From the NCBI GenBank assembly GCA_963813155.1, contig CAWEYG010000002.1, forward strand, positions 736,001-800,000: a stretch of 64,000 nt of DNA, given 5' to 3'. Below are positions 1-9,218 of the stretch, one piece after another. A program made the translations under genes and the position numbers. This DNA comes from an uncultured Acidobacteriota bacterium (lineage in GTDB: Bacteria; Acidobacteriota; Thermoanaerobaculia; UBA5066; DATFVB01). The notes under the pieces were generated by a model. That model saw only the letters and a list, made by a program, of their open reading frames with translations. It searched no databases and was not told where the DNA came from. Numbering within the stretch: position 1 is the stretch's first letter; the number at the start of each line of letters is the position of its first letter.

Positions 1-1
1 G

Positions 2-1708
2 GTTCAACTCGCTCACGCCCTCACGGAGAAATGGTGGCTGCACCGGGAGTCCCGCCGAAAGATGGATGAATTGGAACACCGTGTGTCCGAGCGCACCATG
101 GAGCTGCGGCAAACCAACAGCGCGCTTCAAGACGAGGTGGTCGAACACCAGCGAACCGAGACTTCTCTGCGCGAAAGCGAGAAGAATTTCCAGGATCTGG
201 CGGAAAACATCACCGACGTGTTCTGGATCCGGTCGTACGACGGAAAGACGGTTTATTACGCGAGCCCGGCCTATGAGCGCGTGTGGGGCCGCTCGCGAGA
301 TGGCCTGTACTCGAATCCCCGCGATTGGGTTGACGCCGTCATTTCGGAGGAACGTCAGGAGGTCGCCGCCGTCTTCGCCGGCCTCGGACCCGACAGGATG
401 AGCGTGAGTATCGAGTATCGGATCGTCCGACCCAATGGCGAAGTGCGGTGGATCCACGACCGGGGCTTCGTGACACGGAATCCCTCCGGCCGAGAGATCC
501 GGCATATCGGGATCGCGACCGACATCACAGATCGAATGCGCCTGGAGGCACAATTGCTCCAGTCCCAAAAGATGGAGACCGTCGGCAAGCTCGCGGGCGG
601 TGTCGCGCACGAATTCAATAGCATTCTGACGGCAATCATCGGCCAGAGCGAGCTCCTGCTCGCGGACCTGCCGCCGAACAGCCCGCTTGCCGTCAACGTG
701 ACCGAAATCCGCAAGGCCGCGGGCCGGGCCGCCGCTCTGACCCGCCAACTCCTGGCTTACGGCCGAAAACAAATCCTCCAGCCGGAATGTCTAAACCTCA
801 ATCAAATCGTCGCCGGGATGGAAGGACTGTTTCAGAATCTGATGGGCGGTCGTGTAAATATGCGGATCGTTCCGGATTCGGATCTCCGTTCGGTGCGGGC
901 CGACGCGGGCCAGATTGAGCAGGTCATCATGAACCTCGCGATGAACTCCCGCGATGCGATGCCCAACGGCGGAATGCTCACGATGGAAACTTCGAATGTT
1001 TCGATCGATCGGGAGAGTCTGGGACGGTTTCCGGAATTGAATCCCGGCGAATACGTGATGCTGGCAATCACGGATACGGGCGTTGGAATGAGCGCGGAAG
1101 TGAAGGCGCACGTCTTCGATCCGTTCTTCTCCACCAAGGGCGTCGGGGAGGGGACCGGGCTGGGGTTGTCCACCTGCTACGGCATCGTCAAGCAGAGCGG
1201 GGGACACATCAGCGTCTACAGCGAGCCGGGGAGAGGCACGACCTTCAAGATGTATCTCCCCCAGGCCGAGTTGCAGCCGCGAGCTCCCGATCAAAGTCTG
1301 GACCCTGCGGAGTTGCCGCGCGGAACCGAAACGATTCTTCTGGTCGAGGATGATCCCGCGTTGCGCGAGATGGCGGCAATATTACTGAGACGGCTCGGAT
1401 ACACGGTCACGGTAGCGGCGGACGGGATCGAGGCCCTGAATTTGAAGCAGAAGCCGGGGTCGGGCCACATCGACATGTTGTTCACCGATGTCGTCATGCC
1501 GCATATGAGCGGCAAGGAATTGTCTGACCGCGTGAGGGTGCTTTATCCGCGGACCCGGATTCTTTTCACCTCCGCCTACACGGAGAACGCTATCGAGCAT
1601 CAATCCATGTTGAGCAAGGGGGTGGCGCTTCTTCAGAAGCCGTTCACCCCTTCCGCTCTCGCGCACAAATTGCGCGAAGTGCTCGACCAGCCGAATCCGG
1701 CAATTTAA
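2..1708 (+). CDS. Hybrid sensor histidine kinase/response regulator (PAS-PAC, HisKA, HATPase, REC), 5' truncated by window edge
   Basis: H-box GVAHEFNS, N-box NLAMNSRDAM, G-boxes DTGVG/GTGLGL, C-terminal REC (LLVEDD...LFTDVVMP...KPF). The frame is open from base 2 (VQLAHALTEKW...), so the gene likely starts upstream of the ORF-track start at 62. Confidence 0.9.
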   Translation, partial: VQLAHALTEKWWLHRESRRKMDELEHRVSERTMELRQTNSALQDEVVEHQRTETSLRESEKNFQDLAENITDVFWIRSYDGKTVYYASPAYERVWGRSRDGLYSNPRDWVDAVISEERQEVAAVFAGLGPDRMSVSIEYRIVRPNGEVRWIHDRGFVTRNPSGREIRHIGIATDITDRMRLEAQLLQSQKMETVGKLAGGVAHEFNSILTAIIGQSELLLADLPPNSPLAVNVTEIRKAAGRAAALTRQLLAYGRKQILQPECLNLNQIVAGMEGLFQNLMGGRVNMRIVPDSDLRSVRADAGQIEQVIMNLAMNSRDAMPNGGMLTMETSNVSIDRESLGRFPELNPGEYVMLAITDTGVGMSAEVKAHVFDPFFSTKGVGEGTGLGLSTCYGIVKQSGGHISVYSEPGRGTTFKMYLPQAELQPRAPDQSLDPAELPRGTETILLVEDDPALREMAAILLRRLGYTVTVAADGIEALNLKQKPGSGHIDMLFTDVVMPHMSGKELSDRVRVLYPRTRILFTSAYTENAIEHQSMLSKGVALLQKPFTPSALAHKLREVLDQPNPAI

Positions 1709-1919
1709 GCGGAGACGCGCGACCTGTCCGTCGAAGCCTCGGCGAAGGCGGAAGCGCCAGCGGAACGCAGTGGAGCGAAATCGGCCAGACCGAGGGGGCT
1801 TGGGGGAGGCTTCCCCCAGGTCAGATGTCCAAATTTGTCGGAGCGAAGCGGAGACGCGCGACCCGTCCGCCGAAGCCTCGGCGAAGGCGGAAGCGCAGCG
1901 GAACGAAGTGGAGCGAAAT
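1707..1919. repeat. Two ~74 bp direct repeats (1707-1781, 1846-1919) with internal palindrome CCGCCGAAGCCTCGGCGAAGGCGG
   Basis: Direct comparison: aagcggagacgcgcgacc(t/c)gtccg(t/c)cgaagcctcggcgaaggcggaagcgc(c)agcggaacg(c/a)agtggagcgaaat in both copies. Confidence 0.85.
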
Positions 1920-1920
1920 T

Positions 1921-1976
1921 TGGTGCACCCGGCCGGGCTCGAACCGGCAACCTTCAGCTCCGGAGGCTGACGCTCT
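1921..1976 (-). repeat. 3' fragment (56 nt) of tRNA-Arg(CCG), att-like scar
   Basis: Reverse complement AGAGCGTCAGCCTCCGGAGCTGAAGGTTGCCGGTTCGAGCCCGGCCGGGTGCACCA matches the 3' part of the tRNA at 2111-2187 with 5 substitutions; the 5' acceptor strand and D-loop are missing. Confidence 0.85.
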
Positions 1977-2110
1977 CGCTCCGCCGGGCGGCTTGCGCCG
2001 CGGATCGGTCGCCTCGGAAACTTCGGCGACCGAACCGGCGAGCTGGATTGTTCTACCCGAGAGGAGGACCTCTCGGGCTCTCCCCGGTGGGATCGGCTTC
2101 GACAATGTTG

Positions 2111-2187
<77 letters not shown>

Positions 2188-2317
2188 AAAGAGCCGGGCG
2201 GAAAGTATATCCGCACGCGAGGGCTTTGGAGCCCTCGCCGCACGAGAAGTCTCCCCGAAGTAACCGAGGGGAGGAGGCTCGTGCGGCGGGAGCCGCGGCG
2301 CAAGCGAAGGCGACGAA

Positions 2318-2395
2318 TGGGGCGAGCGATGGGATTTGAACCCACGACATCCAGATCCACAATCTGGCACTCTAACCAGCTGAGCTACGCCCGCC
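2318..2395 (-). tRNA. tRNA-His(GTG)
   Basis: G-GCGGGCGTAGCTCAGCTGGTTAGAGTG-CCAGA-TTGTGGA-TCTGG...GGTTCAAATCC...CGCTCGCCCCA; anticodon GTG, G-1:C73 pair typical of tRNA-His. Confidence 0.96.
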
Positions 2396-2408
2396 GCCGG
2401 AGCCGGGA

Positions 2409-2437
2409 AGTGTACCGGAGCGGGCGATGCCGCGCAA
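2409..2437 (-). promoter_or_regulatory. Putative sigma70 promoter of tRNA-His
   Basis: TTGCGC-17 nt-TACACT on the minus strand just upstream of the tRNA. Confidence 0.55.
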
Positions 2438-2474
2438 TCCGGAGCGACCGTCCCGCGGGAGTAAGATCTTCCCC

Positions 2475-3263
2475 ATGCAATCGTTGAAGGACAGAGTCGC
2501 CCTCGTCACGGGAGCTTCCTCCGGCATCGGCGAAGCGACCGCGCGGGCTCTCGCTGCCGCCGGAACGAAGCTCGTGCTCGGGGCGCGCCGGACGGACCGG
2601 CTCGACCGTCTCGCGGCAGAGCTCCTGGAGGCTGGCGCCGAGACGCTCACCGAAGCGCTCGACGTGCGCCGCGTGGAAGACTGCGAGTCCTTCGTCTCGG
2701 GCGCGATGAACCGGTTCGGCCGCATCGACATCCTCGTCAACAACGCCGGCCTCGCTCGGGGACGGCGTTTCGTCGCGGAAGGGGACGAGCGCGAGTGGGA
2801 CGAGATGATCGACACGAACGTCAAGGGCCTTCTCCACATGAGCCGCCTCGTGCTTCCTCACCTCGCCCGGCAGAATTCCGGGCACGTCGTCAACCTCGGG
2901 TCGGTCGCGGCGCTCGGAGTCTACGAAGGAGGATCCGTCTACTGCGCGACGAAGTGGTCGGTCAAGGCGATCACTCAGGCGATGCGCCTCGAGCTGAGTG
3001 GGACAGACGTTCGCGTGACCGAGATCTGTCCCGGGCTCGTCGAGACGGAATTCTCCCTCGTGCGGTTCCATTCGGAGGAAGATCAGCGGAAGGCCAGCGA
3101 GCAATCCGCCGCGGTCTACCAGGGAATCGAGCCGCTGACCGCCGACGACATTGCGGATTGCATCCTCTGGGCGCTCACGCGGCCCCCGCACGTCGACATC
3201 GACGAGATCGTCGTGCGCCCCGTCGCTCAGGCCGGCATGTCCAAGGTCGCGCGAAAGGGTTGA
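2475..3263 (+). CDS. Short-chain dehydrogenase/reductase (YdfG-like, NADP-dependent)
   Basis: TGASSGIG Rossmann motif, NNAG, catalytic YCATK, ICPGLVETEF; ATG at 2475 preceded by TAAGAT. Confidence 0.9.
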   Translation: MQSLKDRVALVTGASSGIGEATARALAAAGTKLVLGARRTDRLDRLAAELLEAGAETLTEALDVRRVEDCESFVSGAMNRFGRIDILVNNAGLARGRRFVAEGDEREWDEMIDTNVKGLLHMSRLVLPHLARQNSGHVVNLGSVAALGVYEGGSVYCATKWSVKAITQAMRLELSGTDVRVTEICPGLVETEFSLVRFHSEEDQRKASEQSAAVYQGIEPLTADDIADCILWALTRPPHVDIDEIVVRPVAQAGMSKVARKG

Positions 3264-3270
3264 GGCGGCG

Positions 3271-3630
3271 ATGAAGAAACTGACCCTCGTGTTGCTCGTT
3301 CTCGCGGGCGTCTGGTACCTCGTGGCGCGGACGAACGTCTTTTCGAAATACGTCGACCAGAATTTCCTCGACGAAACGAAGGCCATCCCCCGGGCCGAAA
3401 AGGCGGCGGGACGGGAAAAGGCGCGTGTCAACGAAATGCACACCGTCGAAAGCGCCGCCTCCGGTCAGACGGTTTCGGAAAACATGACGAGGGAAGAAGT
3501 GAAGGCGATCTGGGGAGATCCGACCTCCGTCGAGCACGATGCTCTCGACAATGAAATCTGGCGCTTCGAGGCGATCTCCAAAAAGGTTACTTTTCGATAC
3601 GGGAAGGTCTGGAACGTCGAATCGAACTAG
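3271..3630 (+). CDS. Small exported/membrane-anchored protein, SmpA/BamE-like C-terminal domain
   Basis: N-terminal hydrophobic segment MKKLTLVLLVLAGVWYLV; MTREEVKAIWGDP...W.F motif; RBS GAGG after the SDR stop. Confidence 0.6.
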   Translation: MKKLTLVLLVLAGVWYLVARTNVFSKYVDQNFLDETKAIPRAEKAAGREKARVNEMHTVESAASGQTVSENMTREEVKAIWGDPTSVEHDALDNEIWRFEAISKKVTFRYGKVWNVESN

Positions 3631-4519
3631 GGTTCGCGTCGAGCTTCAATCCTCGCACGATCTTCTCGATGCGGCGCCGCGTGTCTTCCCGAACCGGCGC
3701 GAGCGGAAGGCGAAGCGTTTCGCCGCACCGATTCATCATGGCGAGCGCGGCCTTGACGGGACCGGGGCTCGTCTCGAAGCTGCACGCTTCCATCAACGGG
3801 GCATATTTCCGGTGCAGCTCACGCGCCTCGTCACCCCGGTCGTGCAGCGCCGCGTCGACGTAGCGGAAGAAGGCGCCGGGCGCGAGATTTCCCGCGAGTG
3901 AGACGACTCCGCGCATCCCCAGGCCGAGGCCGGCGAGCGCCGTCCGGTCGTCCGCCGAGAAAATCGCGAACTCCTCCGGAACGCGCGGGAGAAGACTCGC
4001 CACCTTGCGGAAGTCGGTGGAAGACTCGACGAGCCCAGCGATCCGAGGCAGCTCGGCGAGCTTCAGAATCCGATCGATCTCCAGGTCGATTCCCGTTCGG
4101 GCCGGCGCGTTGTAAATCAGCACCGGCAGGCGGGTGGAGTCGCAGATCGCGGCGAAGTGCCGGGTGAGGCCCTCCGCCGTCGGGCAGTTGTAGAACGGGT
4201 TGACGGCGAGAAGCGCGGAAGCGCCCGCCTTCTCCGCGTCGCGGGCCCAAAAAACCGACTTCGCCGTGTGGTTCCCGCCCGCGCCGGCGACCACCGGCAC
4301 GCGCCCGTTGGCGGCCGCGACGATGTGCGCGGTCACCGCCTTTCTCTCGTCGCCCGACAGGGCGGGCGATTCCCCCTCCGCGGTGCACGAAACGAGGAAT
4401 TCCGTCCCCTCGCCGATTTGCCAGTCGACGAGCGACTCGATCGACCCGAAATCGATTTTTCCCCTTTCGTCGAAAGGTGTGACGAGGGCGGTTCCGGCTC
4501 CGCGAATCTCGAGCTTCAT
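3587..4519 (-). CDS. DapA (4-hydroxy-tetrahydrodipicolinate synthase) family protein with degenerate active site
   Basis: TALVTPF, VPVVAGAG, LIYNAPARTG, PGPVKAAL, LRLPL all match DapA, but GTTGE reads TAEGE and G(I/V)KE reads GLVE. Confidence 0.85.
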   Translation of the reverse strand: MKLEIRGAGTALVTPFDERGKIDFGSIESLVDWQIGEGTEFLVSCTAEGESPALSGDERKAVTAHIVAAANGRVPVVAGAGGNHTAKSVFWARDAEKAGASALLAVNPFYNCPTAEGLTRHFAAICDSTRLPVLIYNAPARTGIDLEIDRILKLAELPRIAGLVESSTDFRKVASLLPRVPEEFAIFSADDRTALAGLGLGMRGVVSLAGNLAPGAFFRYVDAALHDRGDEARELHRKYAPLMEACSFETSPGPVKAALAMMNRCGETLRLPLAPVREDTRRRIEKIVRGLKLDANPSSIRRSRPSRIEK

Positions 4520-4560
4520 CAACGGCCATCTTAATCCCGATCCTCGTTTGAGATAAACTC

Positions 4561-5841
4561 ATGGTCTCAGTGAAGGTTCTATTGGTCGGCTCCGGTGGAC
4601 GCGAGCACGCGCTTGCGGCGGCCCTCCGGGCGAGCCCGAGCGTCACCGAACTTTTTGCCGCGCCGGGAAACGCGGGAATCGCGAAGATCGCCGACGTGGT
4701 TCCCATCTCGCCGGCATCGGTCGTCGAGCTCGCGGACTTCGCCGGCCGCGTCAACATCGACCTCACCGTGATCGGCCCCGAGCTTCCCCTCTCGCTGGGC
4801 GTCGTCGACGAGTTCCAGAAGCGGGGCCTCCTCGTCTTCGGGCCGACGCGCCTTGCGACCGAGGTCGAGGCCTCGAAGATCTACTCCAAGGAGCTTTGCC
4901 GGCGCAACGGAATCCCGACGGCTCGCGCGCAAGTCGCCTCTTCGCTCGCCGAGGCGAAGGCGGCGCTCTCCGAGATCGGATTTCCGGCCGTGCTCAAGGC
5001 GGACGGACTCGCCGCGGGGAAAGGCGTCATCACCGTCACCGACGCCGACGAAGCAAAGCGAGCCCTCGACCTGTTTTTCCAGGAGAAGGTCTTCGGCGCC
5101 TCTGGCGATCGCATCCTGGTCGAGGAATTCCTCGAAGGCGAGGAAGTCTCGCTTCTCGCCCTGTGCGACGGAAGGGTCGCGCTCGCGCTTCCGACGGCGA
5201 AGGACTACAAGAAGGTGTTCGACGGCGACCGCGGCCCGAACACGGGCGGAATGGGGGCGCATTCCCCGTCCGGCGTTCTCGGAGCCGAACAGGCCGCCGG
5301 GATCCTGCGGGACATCGTCCACCCGGCGCTCTCGGGAATGGCCCAGGAAGGTCGGGAGTTCCGCGGACTCCTCTACACCGGCCTGATCCTCGGGAAGTCG
5401 GGCCCGAAAGTCCTTGAATTCAACGCCCGATTCGGCGATCCCGAAACCGAAGCGATCCTTCCCCGGCTCGATTCGGACCTCGGCGAGGCCCTCGCGGCGT
5501 GCGCGCGGGGAACCCTTTCCGAGATCGACCTCGCCTGGAAGGCCGAGGCGTGCGTCGCGGTCGTCCTCGCCGCATCGGGGTACCCGGGGAGCTACCAGAC
5601 CGGGCACCCGATCGAGGGGATCGAGAAAGCCGAGGAAGTGGGAGGGGTGAGCGTCTTTCACTCCGGAACGGCGCTTCGGGACGGCCGGGTCGTCACCGCC
5701 GGGGGACGCGTTCTCGTCGTCGCGGGGCGGGGTGCAACGCTCGCCGATGCCGCCCGCCAGGCGTACGCTGGCGTCGACCGGATCTCCTTTGCTGGCAAGA
5801 GCTACCGAACGGATATCGGGGCGCGCTTCTCCCACAATTGA
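4561..5841 (+). CDS. purD: Phosphoribosylamine--glycine ligase
   Basis: VLLVGSGGREHAL, APGNAG, KADGLAAGKGV, GPNTGGMGA, EFNARFGDPET. The start may be GTG at 4570. Confidence 0.97.
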   Translation: MVSVKVLLVGSGGREHALAAALRASPSVTELFAAPGNAGIAKIADVVPISPASVVELADFAGRVNIDLTVIGPELPLSLGVVDEFQKRGLLVFGPTRLATEVEASKIYSKELCRRNGIPTARAQVASSLAEAKAALSEIGFPAVLKADGLAAGKGVITVTDADEAKRALDLFFQEKVFGASGDRILVEEFLEGEEVSLLALCDGRVALALPTAKDYKKVFDGDRGPNTGGMGAHSPSGVLGAEQAAGILRDIVHPALSGMAQEGREFRGLLYTGLILGKSGPKVLEFNARFGDPETEAILPRLDSDLGEALAACARGTLSEIDLAWKAEACVAVVLAASGYPGSYQTGHPIEGIEKAEEVGGVSVFHSGTALRDGRVVTAGGRVLVVAGRGATLADAARQAYAGVDRISFAGKSYRTDIGARFSHN

Positions 5842-5911
5842 TTCCCGGGCCGGGCTTCACTAGAATCGGGTTCCAACGATCTACTACCAGATCAAAAAAG
5901 AGGAGGACTCC

Positions 5912-6250
5912 ATGAAGAAATCGATCCTTGCAATCCTGGGCGCCGCGGCACTGGCGGCGACGGCTTCCCTGGCCCTTGCGGCCGACTCGATGACCGGATG
6001 GGTCACCGAAGCCCACTGCGGCGCCAAGGGCGCTGCCGCCAGCCACAAAGAGTGCGGCGCGAAGTGCGTCAAAGAGGGCCAGAAAGTCGCCTTCTATGAC
6101 AACGCCACCAAAAAGGTCATGAATTTCGACGCCGACTGCCAGAAGCCGATGGAAGGCATGATGGCCCAGGAAGTGACGCTCTCCGGCGTGTCGATGAAGG
6201 ACGGAATGGTCCACGCGACCAAGGCCGAGCCCGTCGCCGCCAAGAAGTAA
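5912..6250 (+). CDS. Small secreted Cys-containing hypothetical protein (DUF5818-like)
   Basis: Signal peptide, GWVTEAHCG...ECGAKCV motif, strong RBS GAGGAGG, followed by a terminator. Confidence 0.7.
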   Translation: MKKSILAILGAAALAATASLALAADSMTGWVTEAHCGAKGAAASHKECGAKCVKEGQKVAFYDNATKKVMNFDADCQKPMEGMMAQEVTLSGVSMKDGMVHATKAEPVAAKK

Positions 6251-6274
6251 CTCCAGAAACCGTTCCGGTTACCG

Positions 6275-6302
6275 AAAAACGGGGCGAAAGCCCCGTTTTT
6301 TA
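6275..6302. terminator. Intrinsic (likely bidirectional) terminator
   Basis: AAAAACGGGGC-GAAA-GCCCCGTTTTTT: GC stem, GNRA loop, A and T tracts on either side. Confidence 0.85.
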
Positions 6303-6310
6303 TTGCGCCG

Positions 6311-6576
6311 GGGCTTCGCTCAGGGATGCGGCGTGCGGGAGGTGCGCGAGCGAGGGAATCGGTGTCTAAGGCGCCGTCTCGGCGCCGACTGAAGGTGGCG
6401 GCTCGAAGACCGACGAGCGCGAAACCGGAGGAAACCTCCGCTGTTCACTCCGCAGCGGTCGGCGCAAGGCGACGAGCTGCGATTCCCGAAGGAGCGAGCC
6501 ACCTCCCGAAACGTTCTCTACGCGAGCGCCGAGGACCCGCGCGGGGCTCAGACCGCGACCGTTGGCGAGCGAGCCC
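6311..6576. repeat. Intergenic nested inverted-repeat element
   Basis: GGGCTTCGCTC/GAGCGAGCCC outer arms, CGGGAGGTG/CACCTCCCG and GGGAATCG/CGATTCCC inner arms, plus small internal hairpins. Confidence 0.55.
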
Positions 6577-6945
6577 TTACACCGCGAAGAGCGGCCGGAT
6601 GACCTTCGGGTTCTCCTGCCAGACGTACTTGTAGCCCGGGAACTCGATCGTGATCTGGTAGTGGGCTTCCACGAAGACGTTCGAGCCGTCGCGATGGACG
6701 ACGATGTCTTCTTTTTTCAACGGGAGCTGGAGGTCCTGGGCCTTCTGGAAGAGCTCGTTTTGAATGCTCTTGTCGCCTTTGATGCTTCCGAACTGCGCCT
6801 GCTCTTCCATCGCGTCGAAGAATTGAGACGTTCGCATCTTCACGGGAACGACCTTGGAGAGCACGAGCACGACCGCCGCGAGAAGAATGAGCCAGATGAA
6901 ACAACCGGCTCGCCCAGTCCCCGAGATCGACCTGCGTGCTCGCAT
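6577..6945 (-). CDS. Membrane-anchored hypothetical protein (DUF4845-like), downstream of lepB
   Basis: G-C-F-hydrophobic N-terminal helix; position directly after lepB matches the known lepB-DUF4845 synteny. Confidence 0.6.
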   Translation of the reverse strand: MRARRSISGTGRAGCFIWLILLAAVVLVLSKVVPVKMRTSQFFDAMEEQAQFGSIKGDKSIQNELFQKAQDLQLPLKKEDIVVHRDGSNVFVEAHYQITIEFPGYKYVWQENPKVIRPLFAV

Positions 6946-6957
6946 CGTGTTGGCCCC

Positions 6958-7665
6958 CTACCTCACCATTCGAAACGTGCGGTCCCACCGGGTGCGAGTA
7001 AAAAAGTGGAGCGCGACGCCGGCCAGTCGCCCGAACTTGTCCGCATAACCGCGCCACTCCGCGGAATCCGGCTCGGCCTCGTAGGACCAGTATACCAAAA
7101 GAGCCCGTCCTTTGATGTTGTCGCGCGGCACGGGCCCCCAGAAACGGGAATCGTACGAGTTGTCCCGGTTGTCTCCCATCGCCAGGAATCGGTCGGGCGG
7201 AATCACGATCGGCCCAAAGTTGTCGCGCTTGCGCGAGAGCTCGGGAAGCGCCGGGTCCGAGGGCCAGACGTGCGGATCGGTGTGGTACGTGTGCTTTTCG
7301 GAGAACGGCTCCCCGTTGACGGAAACGGTCTTGTCCCGCTCTTCGACCCGGTCGCCGGGAAGCGCGACGAGGCGTTTGATGAAGTCCCGGTCCGGGCTGT
7401 CGGGAAACTTGAAGACGAAGACGTCGCCCCGTCTCGGCGCCCGGTAGGGTAGGAGCTTCTCGAGGAAACCGCCGGCGTGGGGGGCGTAGATGAATTTGTT
7501 GACGAGCATGTGATCGCCGATCAACACGGTTTTTTCCATCGATCCGCTCGGAACCTGAAAGGCCTGAAAAACGAAGGTCCGCACGAACAGCGCGAAGATC
7601 ACCGCGACGAGGATGGCTTCGTAGTATTCGCGGGCGAGAGATTGTTTACGGCGGACCGCAGTCAC
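6958..7665 (-). CDS. lepB: Signal peptidase I
   Basis: FQVPSGSMEKT (catalytic Ser), DFIKRLVALPGD (catalytic Lys), MGDNRDNSYDSRFWG. Start taken as GTG 7665, 7 nt after TATAAT. Confidence 0.95.
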   Translation of the reverse strand: MTAVRRKQSLAREYYEAILVAVIFALFVRTFVFQAFQVPSGSMEKTVLIGDHMLVNKFIYAPHAGGFLEKLLPYRAPRRGDVFVFKFPDSPDRDFIKRLVALPGDRVEERDKTVSVNGEPFSEKHTYHTDPHVWPSDPALPELSRKRDNFGPIVIPPDRFLAMGDNRDNSYDSRFWGPVPRDNIKGRALLVYWSYEAEPDSAEWRGYADKFGRLAGVALHFFTRTRWDRTFRMVR

Positions 7666-7733
7666 GCGCGGCATTATACGGGGCGGGGCTCGAAAGTCCA
7701 TTTCGGCGGGCGGCTTTCGAAGATAATGACGCG

Positions 7734-9218
7734 GTGATCCCGTTCGAACGAATGCCCGGATTGCCGCCCCTGTTCCTTCGATACGTCCGCGGCGGGGCCC
7801 GCGACTTCCTGCCCGTCGAGCCCGCCCTGCAGGCGGTGGAAGTCCGCGCCCGGGAGCTTTCGGCCGGCGGCGGGCGAGTCTGGATCGCGGCGGGCCAGCA
7901 GGCGAGCCTCTTCACCGGCCCCCTCTATTCGCTGACGAAGGCCGCGGCGGCGACCCGGACGGCGGAACAGGTGTCGAAGAGCGGAACGAGCGTCCGCGGC
8001 CTCTTCTGGATCGCAACCGAAGACCACGACCTCGAGGAAATCTCCCGGGTCACGCTTCTCGGGGAGAAGGGGCCGGAGACGTTCCGCCTCGAGAAGCCCG
8101 CCGAGAAGAATTTCCACCCCTCCGGGACGGTCCCGATCCCCGCCGACATCCGGAGCGTTTTCCAGGCCCTGCGGGGCACTCCGGGCCCGGCGAACCCGGA
8201 GATCGTGGAGGCGTTCGAACGCCTCTGGTCGCCCGGAAGAACGTTCGGAGAAGCCTTCCGGGACACGATGCAGCGCCTCCTGCCGAACGCGGAACTCGAA
8301 TGGGTCGACCCCCTCGAAGCGCGGTGGCGAGAACGAAAGCTCGAGTTCTTCCGCCGCGCCCTGCGGTGCGCCCCGGAAATCGTCTCGGCGCTCGACGCCG
8401 CCGACTCGCGGCTTCGAGCGGCGGGATTCTCTCCGCAGGTCGCGCGCGCGGAGCGCGATTTTCCCTGCTTCCTCATCGAAGGGGGCATCCGCCGAAAGAT
8501 CTCTTTCGACGGATCGCGCTTTGCCGTGCACGGAGACGAGCGAAAGTACTCGGCGAACGAGCTCGCGGACCACGCGGAAAAGGACGGTCCCGAGCCGTCG
8601 CCCGCAGCCCTCCTGCGGCCGGTCCTCCAATCGTGGCTCTTCCCGGTCGCGGCCGAGATCCTCGGCCCCGCCGAGCTCGCCTACCACGCGCAATCGGCGC
8701 CCCTCTTTCCGATTTTCGGCCTCGCCCTGCCCGTTCTTCTTCCCCGCCCGCATCTCCTGCCCCGGGGCGCCCGAGAACGGCGCGCTCAGGAGGCGCTCGA
8801 GATTCCGGACGCGGAGATCTTCCGGGCGCGCGAAGCGGCCCGGGGAGAAGGCACTCCCGCGGCGCGGCGACTGACCGACCTCGACTCGCGGATCGCTGCC
8901 GAGCTCTCCGCCCTGGCGCCCGACATCGGCTCGGTCGACCCGACGCTCTCGCCCGTGCTCGCCGGAGCCGCCGAGAAGATCTCGCACCAGATCGGGCGCG
9001 TGCGGGAGAAAGTCGAGAAGGCAGCCGAACGGCGCGACGAAGAGAAAAATCGCCGGCTGGAAGCCATCGAGCACACTCTGGCGCCCGGGGGAGCTCCCGC
9101 GGACCGCGTCTATTCCCCGCTGACCTACCTGCTGAGGTTCGGCGAAGCGTTCGTCCCGGGGATCCTCGCCGGCGCCGAAAGCCGTCTCGACGGCGCCTCT
9201 TTCGTGGACTTCTCATGA
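7734..9218 (+). CDS. bshC: Bacillithiol biosynthesis cysteine-adding enzyme
   Basis: GQQASLFTGPLYSLTK, FWIATEDHDLEE, SPAALLRPVLQ, GPAELAY motifs; operon with bshB1 and bshA. Confidence 0.88.
   Translation: MIPFERMPGLPPLFLRYVRGGARDFLPVEPALQAVEVRARELSAGGGRVWIAAGQQASLFTGPLYSLTKAAAATRTAEQVSKSGTSVRGLFWIATEDHDLEEISRVTLLGEKGPETFRLEKPAEKNFHPSGTVPIPADIRSVFQALRGTPGPANPEIVEAFERLWSPGRTFGEAFRDTMQRLLPNAELEWVDPLEARWRERKLEFFRRALRCAPEIVSALDAADSRLRAAGFSPQVARAERDFPCFLIEGGIRRKISFDGSRFAVHGDERKYSANELADHAEKDGPEPSPAALLRPVLQSWLFPVAAEILGPAELAYHAQSAPLFPIFGLALPVLLPRPHLLPRGARERRAQEALEIPDAEIFRAREAARGEGTPAARRLTDLDSRIAAELSALAPDIGSVDPTLSPVLAGAAEKISHQIGRVREKVEKAAERRDEEKNRRLEAIEHTLAPGGAPADRVYSPLTYLLRFGEAFVPGILAGAESRLDGASFVDFS

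Noticed and set aside
1707-2110. CRISPR-like array
   Set aside because: Only two long repeats, no regular repeat-spacer periodicity and no cas genes.
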